A DNA stretch of 64,000 nucleotides from Malacoraja senta (lineage: Eukaryota), in NCBI GenBank assembly GCA_038087875.1, contig CM075990.1, forward strand, positions 5,520,001 through 5,584,000. Reading direction: 5' to 3'. How positions within the stretch are numbered: the stretch's first letter is position 1; every line of letters begins with the position of its first letter. Made by a program: the position numbers and the translations under genes. The notes below the pieces were generated by a model that was given only the letters and a program-made list of their open reading frames with translations, was not told the DNA's origin and did not search any database. Shown here piece after piece: positions 25,963 through 38,899 of this stretch.

Positions 25963-26329
25963 TATTAGTGCCCAAGGTATATAACGAATTGAGTGGAAAT
26001 CAGAACATTGACATATTAATCCTGGCTAAATTGGACCAGTCACGACTTCAAAATGGGGTTAAGTTTCAGGGTTTGCTGGGAGATTTGGTCAAATTGGAAT
26101 TGCTCTCTGCAGAGATGGGACAGGCTGCGAGAGGTGCCAGGGAGTCTGGAACTTAGATACAAATTGCAAGCAAAGAATGGGAAGTCTTGCAAGCCCTGTC
26201 AATCTGGTACTAAATGCATCGAATGGATTGGATGGCTGCAAACCAGACATACACCTTGTAAATAGCTTGTAAATAATGTTGCAGAATCTGACTCTGCTAA
26301 GTGTTGATTGGATGGGGTGTTGAGTCATG

Positions 26330-27160
26330 TCTAAGATTTCTGTTAGTCAGGGTAAATGTTTCCAAGTTGACTTCATCTCGAAGACCGTTGTGAATACAAT
26401 GTATTGAACTGTTGTATCATTGGGTTAGGGAAATGCCTGTTATGTATGGGGTTAATCGATATTTGTAATTGGGTGATTAATTGGGTGGTTCGGTCCTCGA
26501 GTTCGCGGGGCATATAAAAGGCCTTGGTCACGAGGCTCAGGGTCGATCTTCTGGAAGAACGCTCAGGACCGTGTACCCTTCTGGAGTGTCTCTGTCTGCA
26601 CGAGGCCTAGAGGGCTTGAACAGATAGACACAGGGATCGAACCCGTGGTGGGATATTCTCTGGGGTGGAACCCTCTCCAAGACAGACGTGAAGCTCACCG
26701 TTTGACCTGTTTTTACAAAATGTTAAATGGTCAGCTCGACATAGATTACAAGACCTACACCAAACCCAAACCAAGTAGGAGCAGACGAGGGCATTCGATA
26801 CAATTTGTGATTCCAGCTACCAAGACAGATGTGTACAGCAATTCATTCTTCCCCCGCACAATTAAAGCATGGAATAATCTCCACCCTACCATAGTTACCC
26901 AACCAGATGCAACTAAATTTAAGGTAGCTCTTTCTTCCCAAAAACCCTTTCTGGCTTAAGTCCTCCCTCCACAACCTCCAGTTTAAATTCCATTTGGAAT
27001 ATTTTGGAGGACCAAGAAACCAAGAACCCGCGGTGGGATAGATACAGTGTGTGATCTGTGACGCACTTTTGGTCAAATAAAATTTAATTGATTCAACTGC
27101 TTGATTCAGTGTTTTTATTGAAACTATGCTGGGGGGAAGCTTAGAAACGAGCAATTATCA
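26330..27160 (+). mobile_element. Probable solo LTR (left boundary uncertain), interrupted by the LINE above
   Basis: TATAAAAG at ~26513, AATAAA at ~27076, ends ...TTATCA. No TSD confirmed. Confidence 0.45.
26656..27023 (+). mobile_element. 5'-truncated non-LTR retrotransposon (CR1-group, divergent from the resident CR1s)
   Basis: Open frame LGWNPLQDRREAHRLTCFYKMLNG...SRRGH...NSFFPRTIKAWNNL; ACCAAGA-type tail; 17-bp TSD GAACCCGYGGTGGGATA at 26639-26655 and 27024-27040. Confidence 0.85.
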
Positions 27161-27594
27161 GATATTCCAACGCAATCTCTCAATTGACAACAGAGTCTCC
27201 AGAATCTGTGCTTGAATGAGCAATTCATTTTTTGTTTGATGAGCATTCATTCAATGGATTCCAAGTATTATATTGCATGATCAGTATGGAGCAAAGTCCT
27301 CTCACTTTGACCAACTGTCTGATCAAAGCCAGTAAATGAGCTGGTACATAGTCGGCAGGAGACCTATGATAGGACACCCTCAGGGTGAGTGATCATCTCT
27401 GAGGAGTATCGTCAATGTCCTCCAGATGGATAATTTGGGATTTTTGGAGAGTTTCTGAGATTAAACTCATTAACTCAGATTCTAAGCGGACAGTGACCCG
27501 GGCGAACCGTCTTTGGTGATCCTCCCAGTGCATGCATGATAACCTCTGGGAGAATTCTCTGCGATAAATGCTTGCACATCATCATAAGGGTCTG

Positions 27595-29160
27595 AACGTA
27601 GAACAATACAGCACAGCAACAGGCCCATTGGCCCATAATATCCATGTTGACATGATACCATGTTATACAAATCTCCTTTGCCTGCACGTGACCCGTACCC
27701 CTCCATGCTCTGCATATCCATGTGCCTATCTAAATGCCCCTTAAATGCCACTATAACATCAGCCACCACACCACCCTTGACAGTCCGTTCCGGGCGCCCA
27801 CCACTCTCTGTGTAAAAAACCCCATGTCTCACACATCTCTTTTAAACTTTGCCCCTATCACTTTAAAGCTATGCCCCCTAGTCTTTGACATATCCACCTT
27901 TGGGAAAATGTTCTGACTGATTACTCTATCCATACCACACATAATTTTATATACTTATATCAGGTCTCCCATCAACCTCCGACATTCCAAAAATAAACAA
28001 TGTCAGTTTGTCCAACCTCTCCTTATAGCTAATTTCCTCTAATCCAGACAGCTGTACTCTCTCCAAAGCCTCCCACATTCTTCCTGTAATGGGATGATCA
28101 GAATTACACATAATACTCCAAAGTCCGATAAAGCTGCAACATGACCTCCTGGCTCTTATACTACAAGCCCTGATAAATGAAGGCAAGGAAGCCATGCACC
28201 TCTTTGCTACTTTATCTAATTGTGTTGCCATTTTCAGGGAGCTTGGTTGAATACTAGAGCTCCCTCTGATGGGTGCCATTGGAATTAACATGATACATTT
28301 ATGTATGCGGTATGAATATTGATTGCTCTAACTTCAGGTACCCCTTCTGCCCTGGTTTGACTTCCCAAACTACCACAACTCACTCTTTTCTGTATTAAAC
28401 TCCATTACCAGTTCCTCTGCCAACTTGCCCAACTGATCAAGAACATGGTGTAATTTTTTATAATTATCTTCACCATCTACGATAGCACCCACTTTAGTAT
28501 GATCTGCAGCCAATATGTAGCCTATCCTGTATCCAGTTTGCTAGTTCTCCCTGGATCCCATGCAATCTAATCTTCCAAAGCAATGCCAAACCTAATCAAA
28601 GGCCTTGTTGAAGTCGATATAGACAACATTGATGGCTTCCCCCTCATCAACTTTTTTAGGTACTTCTTTAAAGAAACACAATCAGATTCGTGAGACAGAA
28701 TCTCCCACATACTAAATCATGCTGACTATCCCTAATCAGTCCCTGACTATCCAAATGCATATATATCTTATTCCTCAGAATCCTCTCCAGTAGCTTGCCC
28801 AGCACAGATGTTAGGCATTTGGGTCACTGGTCTATAGTTGCCGGCTTTTCCTTGCGACCCTTCTTAAATAGAGACACACCATCAGCCACCCTCCAGTCAT
28901 CCGGCACCTTACCACATCTAATAATGATTCACATATCTCAGACGAAATGTGTAGGAAGGAACTGCAGATGCTGGTTTAAACCGAAGATAGACACAAAATA
29001 CTGGAGTAATTCAGCGGGACAGGCAGCATCTCTCGAGGGAAGGAATGGGTATGTTTTGGGTCGAGACCCTTATTCAGACTGAACTTCTCGTTCAGCTCCC
29101 GCAATTTCTTCTTTAGCTTCCCACAGCGACCTCGGATATATCTGATCCGGCCTGTGAGAT
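27595..29160 (-). mobile_element. Old, decayed CR1 LINE
   Basis: SLKMATQLDKVAK, ALERVQ..SYKERLDKL and upstream RT remnants with many disruptions. Confidence 0.7.
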
Positions 29161-29515
29161 TTACCTACGTTCATGCGCCCTAGGATGCCCAGTGTCTTCT
29201 CGACCATAATATGGACAGTCCTCTAGGTATCTTCATTAACTGTCCCGTCCCCTAGCATTCATGTTGTTCTCCAAAGGAGTCAAGAGTGTTTTACAGTTAT
29301 ATGTCCCAAACAGAACATTCTTACTTGCAGCAGCACAACTAATATGTAACCATAGCAGTCTGTAAACAATATAATAAACAAAAAGAAGTTCAGTAAAGAA
29401 CAAAGAAGTAAAAGACGTCCACGGTAAAATTAGAGGAGAAATACTCATTGAGAACCTTGCGCATCTGCTGCAGCTCCACCTATAAATGACCACTTTGGTT
29501 TCTGAAGAGCCCTAT

Positions 29516-30126
29516 TAGACAATAGACAATAGACAATAGACAATAGGTGCAGGAGTAGGCCATTTGGCCCTTTGGCCCTTCGATCCAGCACCGCCATTCA
29601 GTAGGGGATGGAGGCCTACTCCTGCACCTATTTTCTATGTTTCAATGTGATCACGGCTGACCATCCCCAATCAGTACCCCGTTCCTGCCTTCTCCCCATA
29701 TCCCCTGACTCTGCTATTTTTAAGAGCCCTATCTAGCTCTCTCTTGAAAGCATCCAGAGAACCTGCCTCCACCGCCCTCTGAGGCAGAGAATTCCACAGA
29801 CTCACCACTCTCTGTGAGAAAAAGTGTTTCTTCGTCTCCATTCTAAATGGCTTGCTCTTAAACTGTGGCCCCTGGTTCTGGACTCCCCCAACATCGGGAA
29901 CATGTTTCCTGCCTCTAGTGTGTCCAAGCCCTTAACAATCTTATATGTTTCAATGAGATATCCTCTCATCCTTCTAAACTCCAGAGTGTACAAGCCCAGC
30001 TGCTCCATTCTCTCAGCATATGACAGTCCCGCCATCCCGGGAATTAACCTTGTAAACCTACGCTGCACTCCCTCAATAGCAAGAATGTCCTTCCTCAAAT
30101 TAGGGGACCAAAACTGCACACAATTC
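29516..30126 (-). mobile_element. CR1 3' fragment with inverted tail insert
   Basis: CVQFWSPNLRKDILAIEGVQRRFTRLIPG; same 3' UTR insert as 17220-17545. Confidence 0.9.
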
Positions 30127-31128
30127 TCTATCACACTATTCTCTCTCTTATGATTAGAACAATGTCCATTCGTCTCCACCATGCCAGATTTTGAAGTCTC
30201 TGGAATGGACACCTCTGATTCCTTCCATTCAGGCATCTGGTGGGGAAGTGTTTGCACAACGGAACAAGGCACCTGTTGCCACGGTGACTGTGCAGTCAAC
30301 TGGAAGCTGACTCTGCCTGTGTCAAAGTCCAACTTGAAGCACAGAGATCTGGGACTGCAGTAGGTTTCTCTACCATACTGGATCTAAGGCAGCAGATTGC
30401 ACAGTTGGATGTGTTCACCTTGAGGCATTTGCCACGATACCCCAAGCCTGGTGAGATCAGAATGCTGACAAATTGCAGTCTCTCAGAACATCACCAAGTT
30501 AATCCAATAGCTTTTAGGAGAACTGTTCATATGCAGAGGGCACAGTCATGGAGATAGTGAGAGTGGAGGGCTGTTTCCGTTTTGTGATTTGCCCATAATT
30601 CGATTACTGCAATACTCACTGACCTGTCAGCACTGTCTGACTGTTCTCCCATTTGTGTAGTTTTGTTTCCTTCCGTGAGTATATCAGTGCAACCTACTGC
30701 CCAAACAGTTATGAATCACCTAGGTAGACAAAAGTGCTGGAGAAACTCAGTGGGTGCAGCAGCATCTATGGAGCGAAGGAAATAGGCAACGTTTCGGGCC
30801 GAAACGCTTCTCCAGCATCTGCAGTTCCTTCTTAAACACACGAATCACCTATCTGACTACTTCCCACACACACGCAATCCCGAGCCAATGAGTAAAATCT
30901 CATTAACACCGATATACAATGTACAAGAACAGACACCAAACAGCCACTGCCCACTCGCGTTACCTTCAAGACTACAAGAGGAAATCACACAATTGTATCA
31001 GTGAGAAATCTCCAACCAAAATAATGCAGATGCTGCATGAAATAAACTTACTTCCTTCACACATCCACAAGATAGTTCCAAATCAAAGCTTCAAAAATCT
31101 AGCAATTGTTGATTGAATTAATTCCGGC

Positions 31129-31163
<35 letters not shown>

Positions 31164-32249
31164 TCTTTCTCCGTAAGTATAATACAATAATGAATCTGTT
31201 CCACTGAGTTACTCCAGCATTTTGTGTCTATCTTCAACCCTGTTTCCAAAGGGTGCCGTTTCCGGAAAAAGTTTAATTCTCCAACTTTTCAGGACATTGA
31301 TAAAAAAAAATCAAAAGCAAAATAGATTCCAATAAAAAACCTAAACTCTATAACCATGACATACACCTGTTGTGATAAAACTGCGTGAAATCACTGTGCA
31401 TTCTTGGCGGACTGCCCCAAAGGTATTGAACTGCTTTGTGTGACTGGTATCCAATCACGGTACAGTTTATAGGTTGGCATGGCACCCAATGGCTCAATTT
31501 GCACTAGGATATTATCTTGCTCTGTGTAATGTTGTATGATCATCCAGAATAAATGTAAATAAATATGCATGCTGACATGACAACCAAGTGCCTCGGTCAC
31601 TCCTATTAACAGAAAGTTTGGATTCTGAACATGTTAAGAGAAAGGAACAGCCGGAGGGGGTGGCTTTGCAAACAAACATGGTTAAATGTCCAAGGTTGTT
31701 AAACAAAGTTGATGCCATCATCTTCATAACCACCAACCTCAGATATCTGCTGTAAAGTATAAAAAAGACCATCAGCGTTGATACTGGAAGCTATCTTCAG
31801 TGTAAACCAGCATCTGCAGTTCTTTGATAGACACAAAATGCTGGAGTAACTCAGCGGGACAGGCAGCATCTCTGGAGAGAAGGAATGGGTGACGTTTCGG
31901 GTGGAGACCCTGAATCTGCAGTTCCTTCCTACTGATACTGGAACGTCAGTTTCACAACTGCCCGCCCTCATGAAACCCAGCGGACCACTCTATCCTGACC
32001 AAAGCAGAGGTGAGAATAAGCCCATACGATCTGGCACAGCGTGCTGTTACAAAAGTGGCCGACACAAATGGTACAGATGGTTCACATTGTCAATGTTAAT
32101 GATACCAATGTACTGGTAAGAAATGTAAGTAAAATTTCAGCCTGGATCAAATTCAAAATGGTGACACTGAGCCATGCTGAACTGTTTAAGTCCCTGACAC
32201 TTCAATAAGATGTAAAGACAATTTTATACAGCTTACCCCTTGCCTATTT

Positions 32250-32800
32250 CTTTGCAGAGTGTGGATTTGCGAAGAGTTTTTTTGAGAAGAATGCAAGCAT
32301 CCTTGTCGCGGTTCATCCCAAACAGCTCTGCAACAGAGGACTCCCTGATTTATGGGCAGTTCCCAGGCGCGCACTTGTAGATGGACATAAAGTGCTGCAG
32401 GAAGACCACTAACTCGGTGAAAGACGCTCTCTGGTCACCCGACGCAGCAAGATGTCTGTCAGGGAATGTTGCTGCTTCCAGACTGCATGAGTACCTGCTG
32501 AGGTACGCACTGAAGCTCGTGGAGAGAGCGTGAAGGCTCTGTGGGGGAGGACAACAGTCGAGGGTTCTTCAGCTGCTGAACATTGAGGGGCAGAGCCCTA
32601 TGAGGGCCATCTTCAAACAAGGGAAGGGATATCACCCTAGATGGCCACGAGTGGCAAGGGTGTTTTCATTAAAGATAAGTGCAAATACTACTGCGTATGA
32701 CACAATTGAATGTATAGTAAATGTATGAATTGCAGTTTTTGCAGTTTGGGTTTTGTATATATTTTGTGTTTTGAATAAAGTTTACTTTTGAAATGAAAAA
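32250..32800 (+). mobile_element. L1/Tx1-like LINE 3' end
   Basis: FAECGFAK...LSRFIPNS..TEDSLIYG.FPG, DIKCC.KT.NSVKDALWS, SRLHEYLLR.ALKL, then AATAAA and an A-rich end. Related piece at ~38290-38470. Confidence 0.65.
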
Positions 32801-33769
32801 AGCTTGCTCCTTGTTATCTGGATACCTTACTACAATGAATGTATGTTATTTTCCTCATCCTGACCTTCCCCATATCGATTTGTGAACTGTGGGAAGAAGT
32901 ATGTTGTTTATGACAACCGCACTGGGAGTTACATGTAAACTAAAGCTTAGTAACAAGCTACGTAATGCAGTTTGCTAAAACAACAACACGTTTGAATATG
33001 CACACTTGGAGGAGACAAACAATGACCTGTTTGTTCATGGCTTTTAATGATTCAAGAACATAGGTGATCTCGCTGTACCTCGCGGGATAGGTTATGGATA
33101 TATTGGATATAAAGCTTATAACTTACCAAAAAAATCCAAAATAAGTCTAAGGACTGGGACAAATTTCAAAACATTTCTTCAGCAAAGGAGGATAAAGGGA
33201 GAACAGAAAACAAACAGGCTAAATAAAAATAGCGTAGAAAGGAACTGCAGATGCTCGTTTACACCGGGGAGAGACACAAAATGGTGGAGTAACTCAGTGC
33301 TGGAGTAACTCAGTCCTTTCTTCGGACTGGATGGGTCTCGACCCGAAACGTCACCTATTCATTCTATCCAGAGTTGCTGCATGTCCCGCTGTGTTACTCC
33401 AGCATTTTGAGCATAAAAAGAGATTGTGCAGATATATAACAAGAAAAAGACCAGCAAAAGTTAAAGTAGAGAGCAAAAGGTAAATCACAGTGAGAAATTA
33501 GAAATTGTATTTAGGATTAAGGAAATTAAATATATATTTCACAATAGAAACACAGGAATCCTCGTGGAAATAAAAGTATTATTGGAGAAATTAATGGACC
33601 TATATCTTAGAGTCATTAAGGAGATAACTATGGAGCTGGTTGAGTCGCTAGTTGTTACCTTCCAAAGTTTTGCAGATTGCAGAATGATTCCCATAGATTG
33701 GAAGGTAGAAAATGTAACTGCAACAGGAAACCATAGCCTGAACACCAAGGAAATGTTGGATATAGACCC

Positions 33770-34810
33770 AAATGCCCGGAGTAATTCAGCGGGTCACACA
33801 GCTTCTCTGGAGAAAAGGGTTAGGTGGCATTTCGGGTCAAGATCCTTCTTCAGACTGAGAGTCAGGGGAAAGGGAAACGAGAGGTATAGACGATGATGTA
33901 GAGAGATATAGAACAAATGAATGAAAGATATGCAAAAAAGTAACAATGATAAAGGAAACTGGCCATTGTTAGCTGTGGCCAAGGTGAAAATGAGTATAGA
34001 CAATGAGACTCAACAAGATGACTTTGAAGCTGGTACGACTTGGGTGGGGGAGGGATGGAGAGAGGTGGTTACTTGAAGTTAGAGAAATCAATTTTCATAC
34101 CACTGAGTTGAAAGCTGCACAAGCGAAAAATTAGATGCTGTTCCTCCAATTTGCATTTGGCTTCCCTCTAAAAATAGAGAAGGCCTAGGACAGAATGGTC
34201 AGCGTGGGAATGGGAAGGGTAATTAAAGTGTTTGGCAACTGGGAGATCGGGTAGGTCCAGGCGGACTGAGTGAAGGTGTTCGCCCAGTCTACGTTTGGTC
34301 TCGCCGCTGTAGAAGAGTCCACACTTTGAACAACTGATACAGTAGATGAGGTTGGAGGAGGTGCAAGTGAACCTCTGCCTCACCTGAAAGGGCTGTCGGG
34401 GTTCCTGGACAGTCGAAGGAGGAGGTGTAGGGACAGGTGTTGCATCTCCTGCAGTCGCAGGGGAATTTACCTGGGGAGGGGGTGGTTTGGGGGGGGGGGG
34501 GAAGGGACGAGTTAACCAGGGGGTTGTGGAGGGTACGGTCTCTGTGGAAGGCGGAAAAAGGTGGAGATGGGAAGATGTGACTTGTGGTGGGATCCTGTTG
34601 GAGGTGGCGAAAATGTTGGAGGATTATGTGTTATATGCAACAGCTGATGGGGTGAAAGGTGAGGACTAGGGGAACCCTGTCCCTGTTGCTACTAGGATCG
34701 GAGCTGCGGGGTACCGAGAAGACACTTGTGAGGGTCTCGTCTATGATGGAAGAGTGGAACCCCCATTCACAATCTTGGATGTCCTGGCATGGAACACCTC
34801 ATCTTGGGCG
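33770..34810 (-). mobile_element. Penelope-like element 3' part
   Basis: QRFTCTSSNLIYCISCSKCGLFYSGETKRRLGEHL (34168-34383) followed by the terminal repeat. Confidence 0.85.
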
Positions 34811-37579
34811 CAGTTGCAGCCAAGAAATGTATTACAGGTCTATTACAGGTCCACCACCAATTTTCCGGCATGCTTAGTTCTGGAGCCTTGCTGCATTAAT
34901 CATTATACCGGACCAACAGAGGTCACGGCATTTCCCTTGTCGGTACAATTAAACATTCTGGACTCTTGATTCACGTTGGTGAAAAAAATGGGGTATTTTT
35001 TAAATGGTGAGAAATTGAACCTCTTTGGTGTTCTGAGGGACAGCGTGTCCTTGTATACATTGTCAACATGCAGATACGGAAAACAATGGGGAAGGCAAAC
35101 GTACTTGTACTTTATTGCAAGGGGTTTGACTCTAAGAGGAGAGATTTCTTAATCCCATTATGTTGAGTCCAGATAAGATCAATGAGTTTGGATAAGAGGG
35201 GGCATTAAGTAGGGGGTATTAAGTCTGAAGAAGGGTCTCGACCTGAAACGTCACCCATTCCTTCTCTCCAGAGATGCTGCCTGTCCCGCTGAGTAACTCC
35301 AGTATTTTGTGTCTATCTTCGATATTCAGTAGATTGGATAAGGGGCCGTAGTTCCAGAACAAGGGCTTGGTCATTCAGTGCACAAATGTGAAAGATTTCC
35401 TTCACCCATATGGTGGTGAATCTTTAGAATTCCATATCTAAGAAGGTTGTGGAGGCTCAATTGCTCAGTATCTTCAAGAAATAGATCAATAGATTTTTGG
35501 ATATTCAGGTATTCTCGGGATATGGGGTTAGTGTGGGAAAGTGATGCGGTAAGAGATCAGCTATGATCTTATCGAATGGAGACGGTGACCCTCTCTTATT
35601 TTTATTTATCATTACTTTACTTTTTACTTTATTGTCACATGTGACTAGTGACAGTGAAATTCTTTGTTTTGCATACCTAAGGTATGTAAAGAGTTGCCAC
35701 ATAAAGGGCGCCGACCATGTTACAGCGTTTCCCATGTCTAATCCTCCGTTGTCCTCCCCCCTCCCCCCTCCTCTTGGCAGTTCACTGATACCGGGTCCTC
35801 GTTGTTCTTCCCCTGCTCCCCAAGCCAGGTCCTCCTTTGTTCCTGGCGGCGTGTCCTCCGGCTCCCACGAGGCCCAACCTCAACCACCGACGCCATCAAC
35901 GACCACCGGACCGACCTCCTCGTCGATCGCCGACGCAACCTCCCCAATGGCCGCAGCCGGGTCCGCTCCTGGCGACTCCCCGACGACTCCACAGGCCCTG
36001 TCAATACACGTCCCTGGGGTCCGTCGAAGAATTATGTTGCTATTTACAGTTATTATTTAACTAGAAAACTGAGATAGTTTAGTTTAGCCTTATTTATTAT
36101 TATCATATGCACCAAGGTACAGTGATAAGCTTTTGTTTGCATGCTAAGCAGTCAAAGCAGTATTCTTTACCATTCCCTTGCACAGGTCTGAGCTTGTGCA
36201 CTGTTTTGGGTGTGGAAAATAAATCAACTAGATGACCATCAGACTCTGCAAAAAAGCTGTACAATTAATCACTAATGTCAGGACTAATATCAGAGCTAAC
36301 AACCCTAACTACAGGGACAATGTCCTCGGACCAGCCATCTTCAACTGGATGAAAGTTGAGAGGTTAGCATGAAGGCACAGAGCCTGTTGCAGGCACAGTA
36401 TCTGCTCTCATAGAACACAGAGCAGTAGAGCATAGGAGCAGGCCATTCAGCCCTCAATATCCATTCCCAAATAGGTGCCAAGTTAAAATAACCGACACGA
36501 GAATCATTTGCCTCCATTCCCTGCTCATCTAAATGTGCCTATCTAAAACACCACTATTGTATCTGCTTCCACCACTACCCTTCTCCAGTTCACCTGTACT
36601 ATATATGAAACTTTATGGGGTTATAAAGTCTTATGGGGTTAGAAGCCATAAAGTATATGTATCACACAGAATGGACAATTATGTAGTGCCCTGGGCATTA
36701 TTCAACGTACACCTGGAATGCCAGAGCTAAAGTCCAAGGTACCACCAGCCGATAATGAGGAACAAATGGTTCCAGCAATATTCTGCTCCAGATAGGGTAG
36801 CTTTAGACATTTATCTGGCGAGGTTATGCAGGGCTTGGTTTATTTGGGAGTCAGTGTGAGTTATGGAAGGTTTAAGTTGTGCAAGGCAACTTCTGCCACA
36901 GTATCTTCCAGCTGGCAGAACGGTCTCCTGAGGCATGTTATGGGTGTTAACACACACTGCACCCAATCATTCATTGGCAGAACAACTGCAGGGAATTGTG
37001 CAAATGTCATCATTCCTTTGGTCGTAATATTTGAACTTTCAATTATGTATAGAACTGCACAATCTGTCCCTGAAACACACGGCAATCAATGGCATATTTC
37101 TGAGATTTGTACAGTTAATTATTATTATGATTATCAATATAAATATAAAATTTCCAGAAATTCTTAAGAACATACGGCAGTGAATGTGGTGAGGATTGCT
37201 GTAATGTGCAACCTTAGTCTTTTTTCTATTCTGAAATATGCTCTCTGAATGTTACTCTGTGATAGAATTCTCATAGTTTTCTCTGCTGATCTCCTTCTGT
37301 TACAGCTCTACAATCCTCTCATTTATCTGGCTAATCTCAGCCTCATACCCTTTCCAAAATCTAATGTACCATTTGCAGCAGCCAAGGCTAGAAGCTCTGG
37401 AATTCCTTCCCTGGTCCTCTCTGCGACTCCATCTTCCTTTCTGCCTTTAAATGCTCGTTAAAACTTGAGCCAAGCTCTTAAAACCAAGCTCATGAGTTAT
37501 TTTATTTCTTTAAAGGTGTTTCTAAATCAGTGCTTGACCAAAAGATGTTTAATATTGCGCCAATGACCGCTTATCTTAC

Positions 37580-37739
37580 CTGATTCTCTGTCACTGTTCC
37601 AGAGCTTAGCTTGTCTAAGTCTTGAAATGGTGGAGAAATGTCAGTACCATGATATTTATAATAAGCACAAAGTTGCTTCATGATAGTCTCAAAACAGTTC
37701 ATCTTGTCTGGGTCAGTTTCAGGATTGATATCATTCCGA
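37580..37739 (-). CDS. EF-hand repeat gene, exon 4 (IRNDINPETDPDKMNCFETIMKQLCAYYKYHGTDISPPFQDLDKLSSGTVTENQ)
   Basis: ttgctttcatag acceptor, gtaaga donor, 160 nt, phase 2 to 0. EF-loop DLDKLSSGTVTENQ. Confidence 0.9.
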
Positions 37740-37796
37740 CTATGAAAGCAAATTGAAATTAAACATGTTAAAATGTTCCCATCATGGATTGTAGTA

Positions 37797-38125
37797 TTTA
37801 GTTTAGTTTGGTTTAGTTTAGAGATACCACTCGGAAACAGGCCTTTCGGCCCACCGGGTCCATTCCGACCAGCAATCCCCGCACATTAACACTATCCAAC
37901 ACACACTAGGGTCAATTTTTACATTTACCACGCCAATTAACCTACAAACCTGTACATCTTTGGAGTGTGGGAGGAAAGCGACGATCTTGGAGAAAACCCA
38001 CGCGGTCACGGGGAGAAAGTACAAACTCCATACAGACAGCACCCGTAGTCGGGATCGAACACGGGTCTCCGGCGCTGCAAGCGCTGTAAGGCAGCTTCTC
38101 TACTGCTGTGCCACCATGACGCCCT
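37797..38125 (-). mobile_element. V-SINE (HE1-like)
   Basis: Full-length reverse-strand copy whose tail ends ~55 bp upstream of the exon 4 acceptor. Confidence 0.85.
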
Positions 38126-38838
38126 ATTGCCAATTGATTTGAATTTCCTACACATCTCTATTTGGAAAAATACTTTGTTCCCCATTGTTTAGACTGTGTT
38201 ACAAAAATAATTCATCCTACCTGAAAGGGGATTATAATTTCAAATGGGCAATGGTTTGTAGAATTAGAAATGGAGACATTTATTTGGTGTGTCACAAGAA
38301 CTGAATGAGTGCGTCAGGGAATGTTGCTGAGTGGTCCATTCCAGACTGCAGGAGCACATGCTGAGGGACTCACTGATGCTTGGTGTAGCCAACGTGAAAG
38401 CTCTGTGGTGGAGGAGCACAGTCTAGGGTCCATCTGCTGGGCATTGAGCGGTAGAGTCTGGTGGGGACAATGCCTCACCCCAGGGGACCACCTGGGTGGC
38501 AAGTGTTCAAGAAAGAACTGCAGATGCGGGAAAAATCGAAGGTAGACAAAAATGCGGGAGAAACTCAGCGGGTGAGGTCTGAAGAAGGGTCTCGACCCGA
38601 AACATCGCCTATTAATTCGCTCCACCGACTGAGTTTCTCCAGCATTTTTGTCTACCTGAGTGGCGAGGATCTTTTGTTTTGCTTAATGATAGATGCAAAC
38701 ACTCTACGTACGACAATAATTTACAGGTGATGAGAAAGTCTGAAGCACGGTTTTAATTTTGTATGTATATATTTTTAATTTTTAATAAAGTTTATTTTTG
38801 GAAATTTAAAACAAGTTTTATCATAATAATATACTCAC

Positions 38839-38899
38839 ATTTCTGGAGCTTTCACTTCCTGAAGACTTGGGTCTTTGTCAATCTCATTTGGATTGAAGG
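38839..38899 (-). CDS. EF-hand repeat gene, exon 3 (PFNPNEIDKDPSLQEVKAPE)
   Basis: ttttatcgatag acceptor, gtgagt donor, 61 nt, phase 1 to 2. Linker similar to exon 8 (YSIPHLEKFP). Confidence 0.85.

Noticed and set aside
35563..36077. Pro/Ser-rich 165-aa ORF in a CpG-rich patch
   Set aside because: Lies in an unclassified retroposon-like repeat, has no recognisable domain, and is open in several frames because of its GC content.
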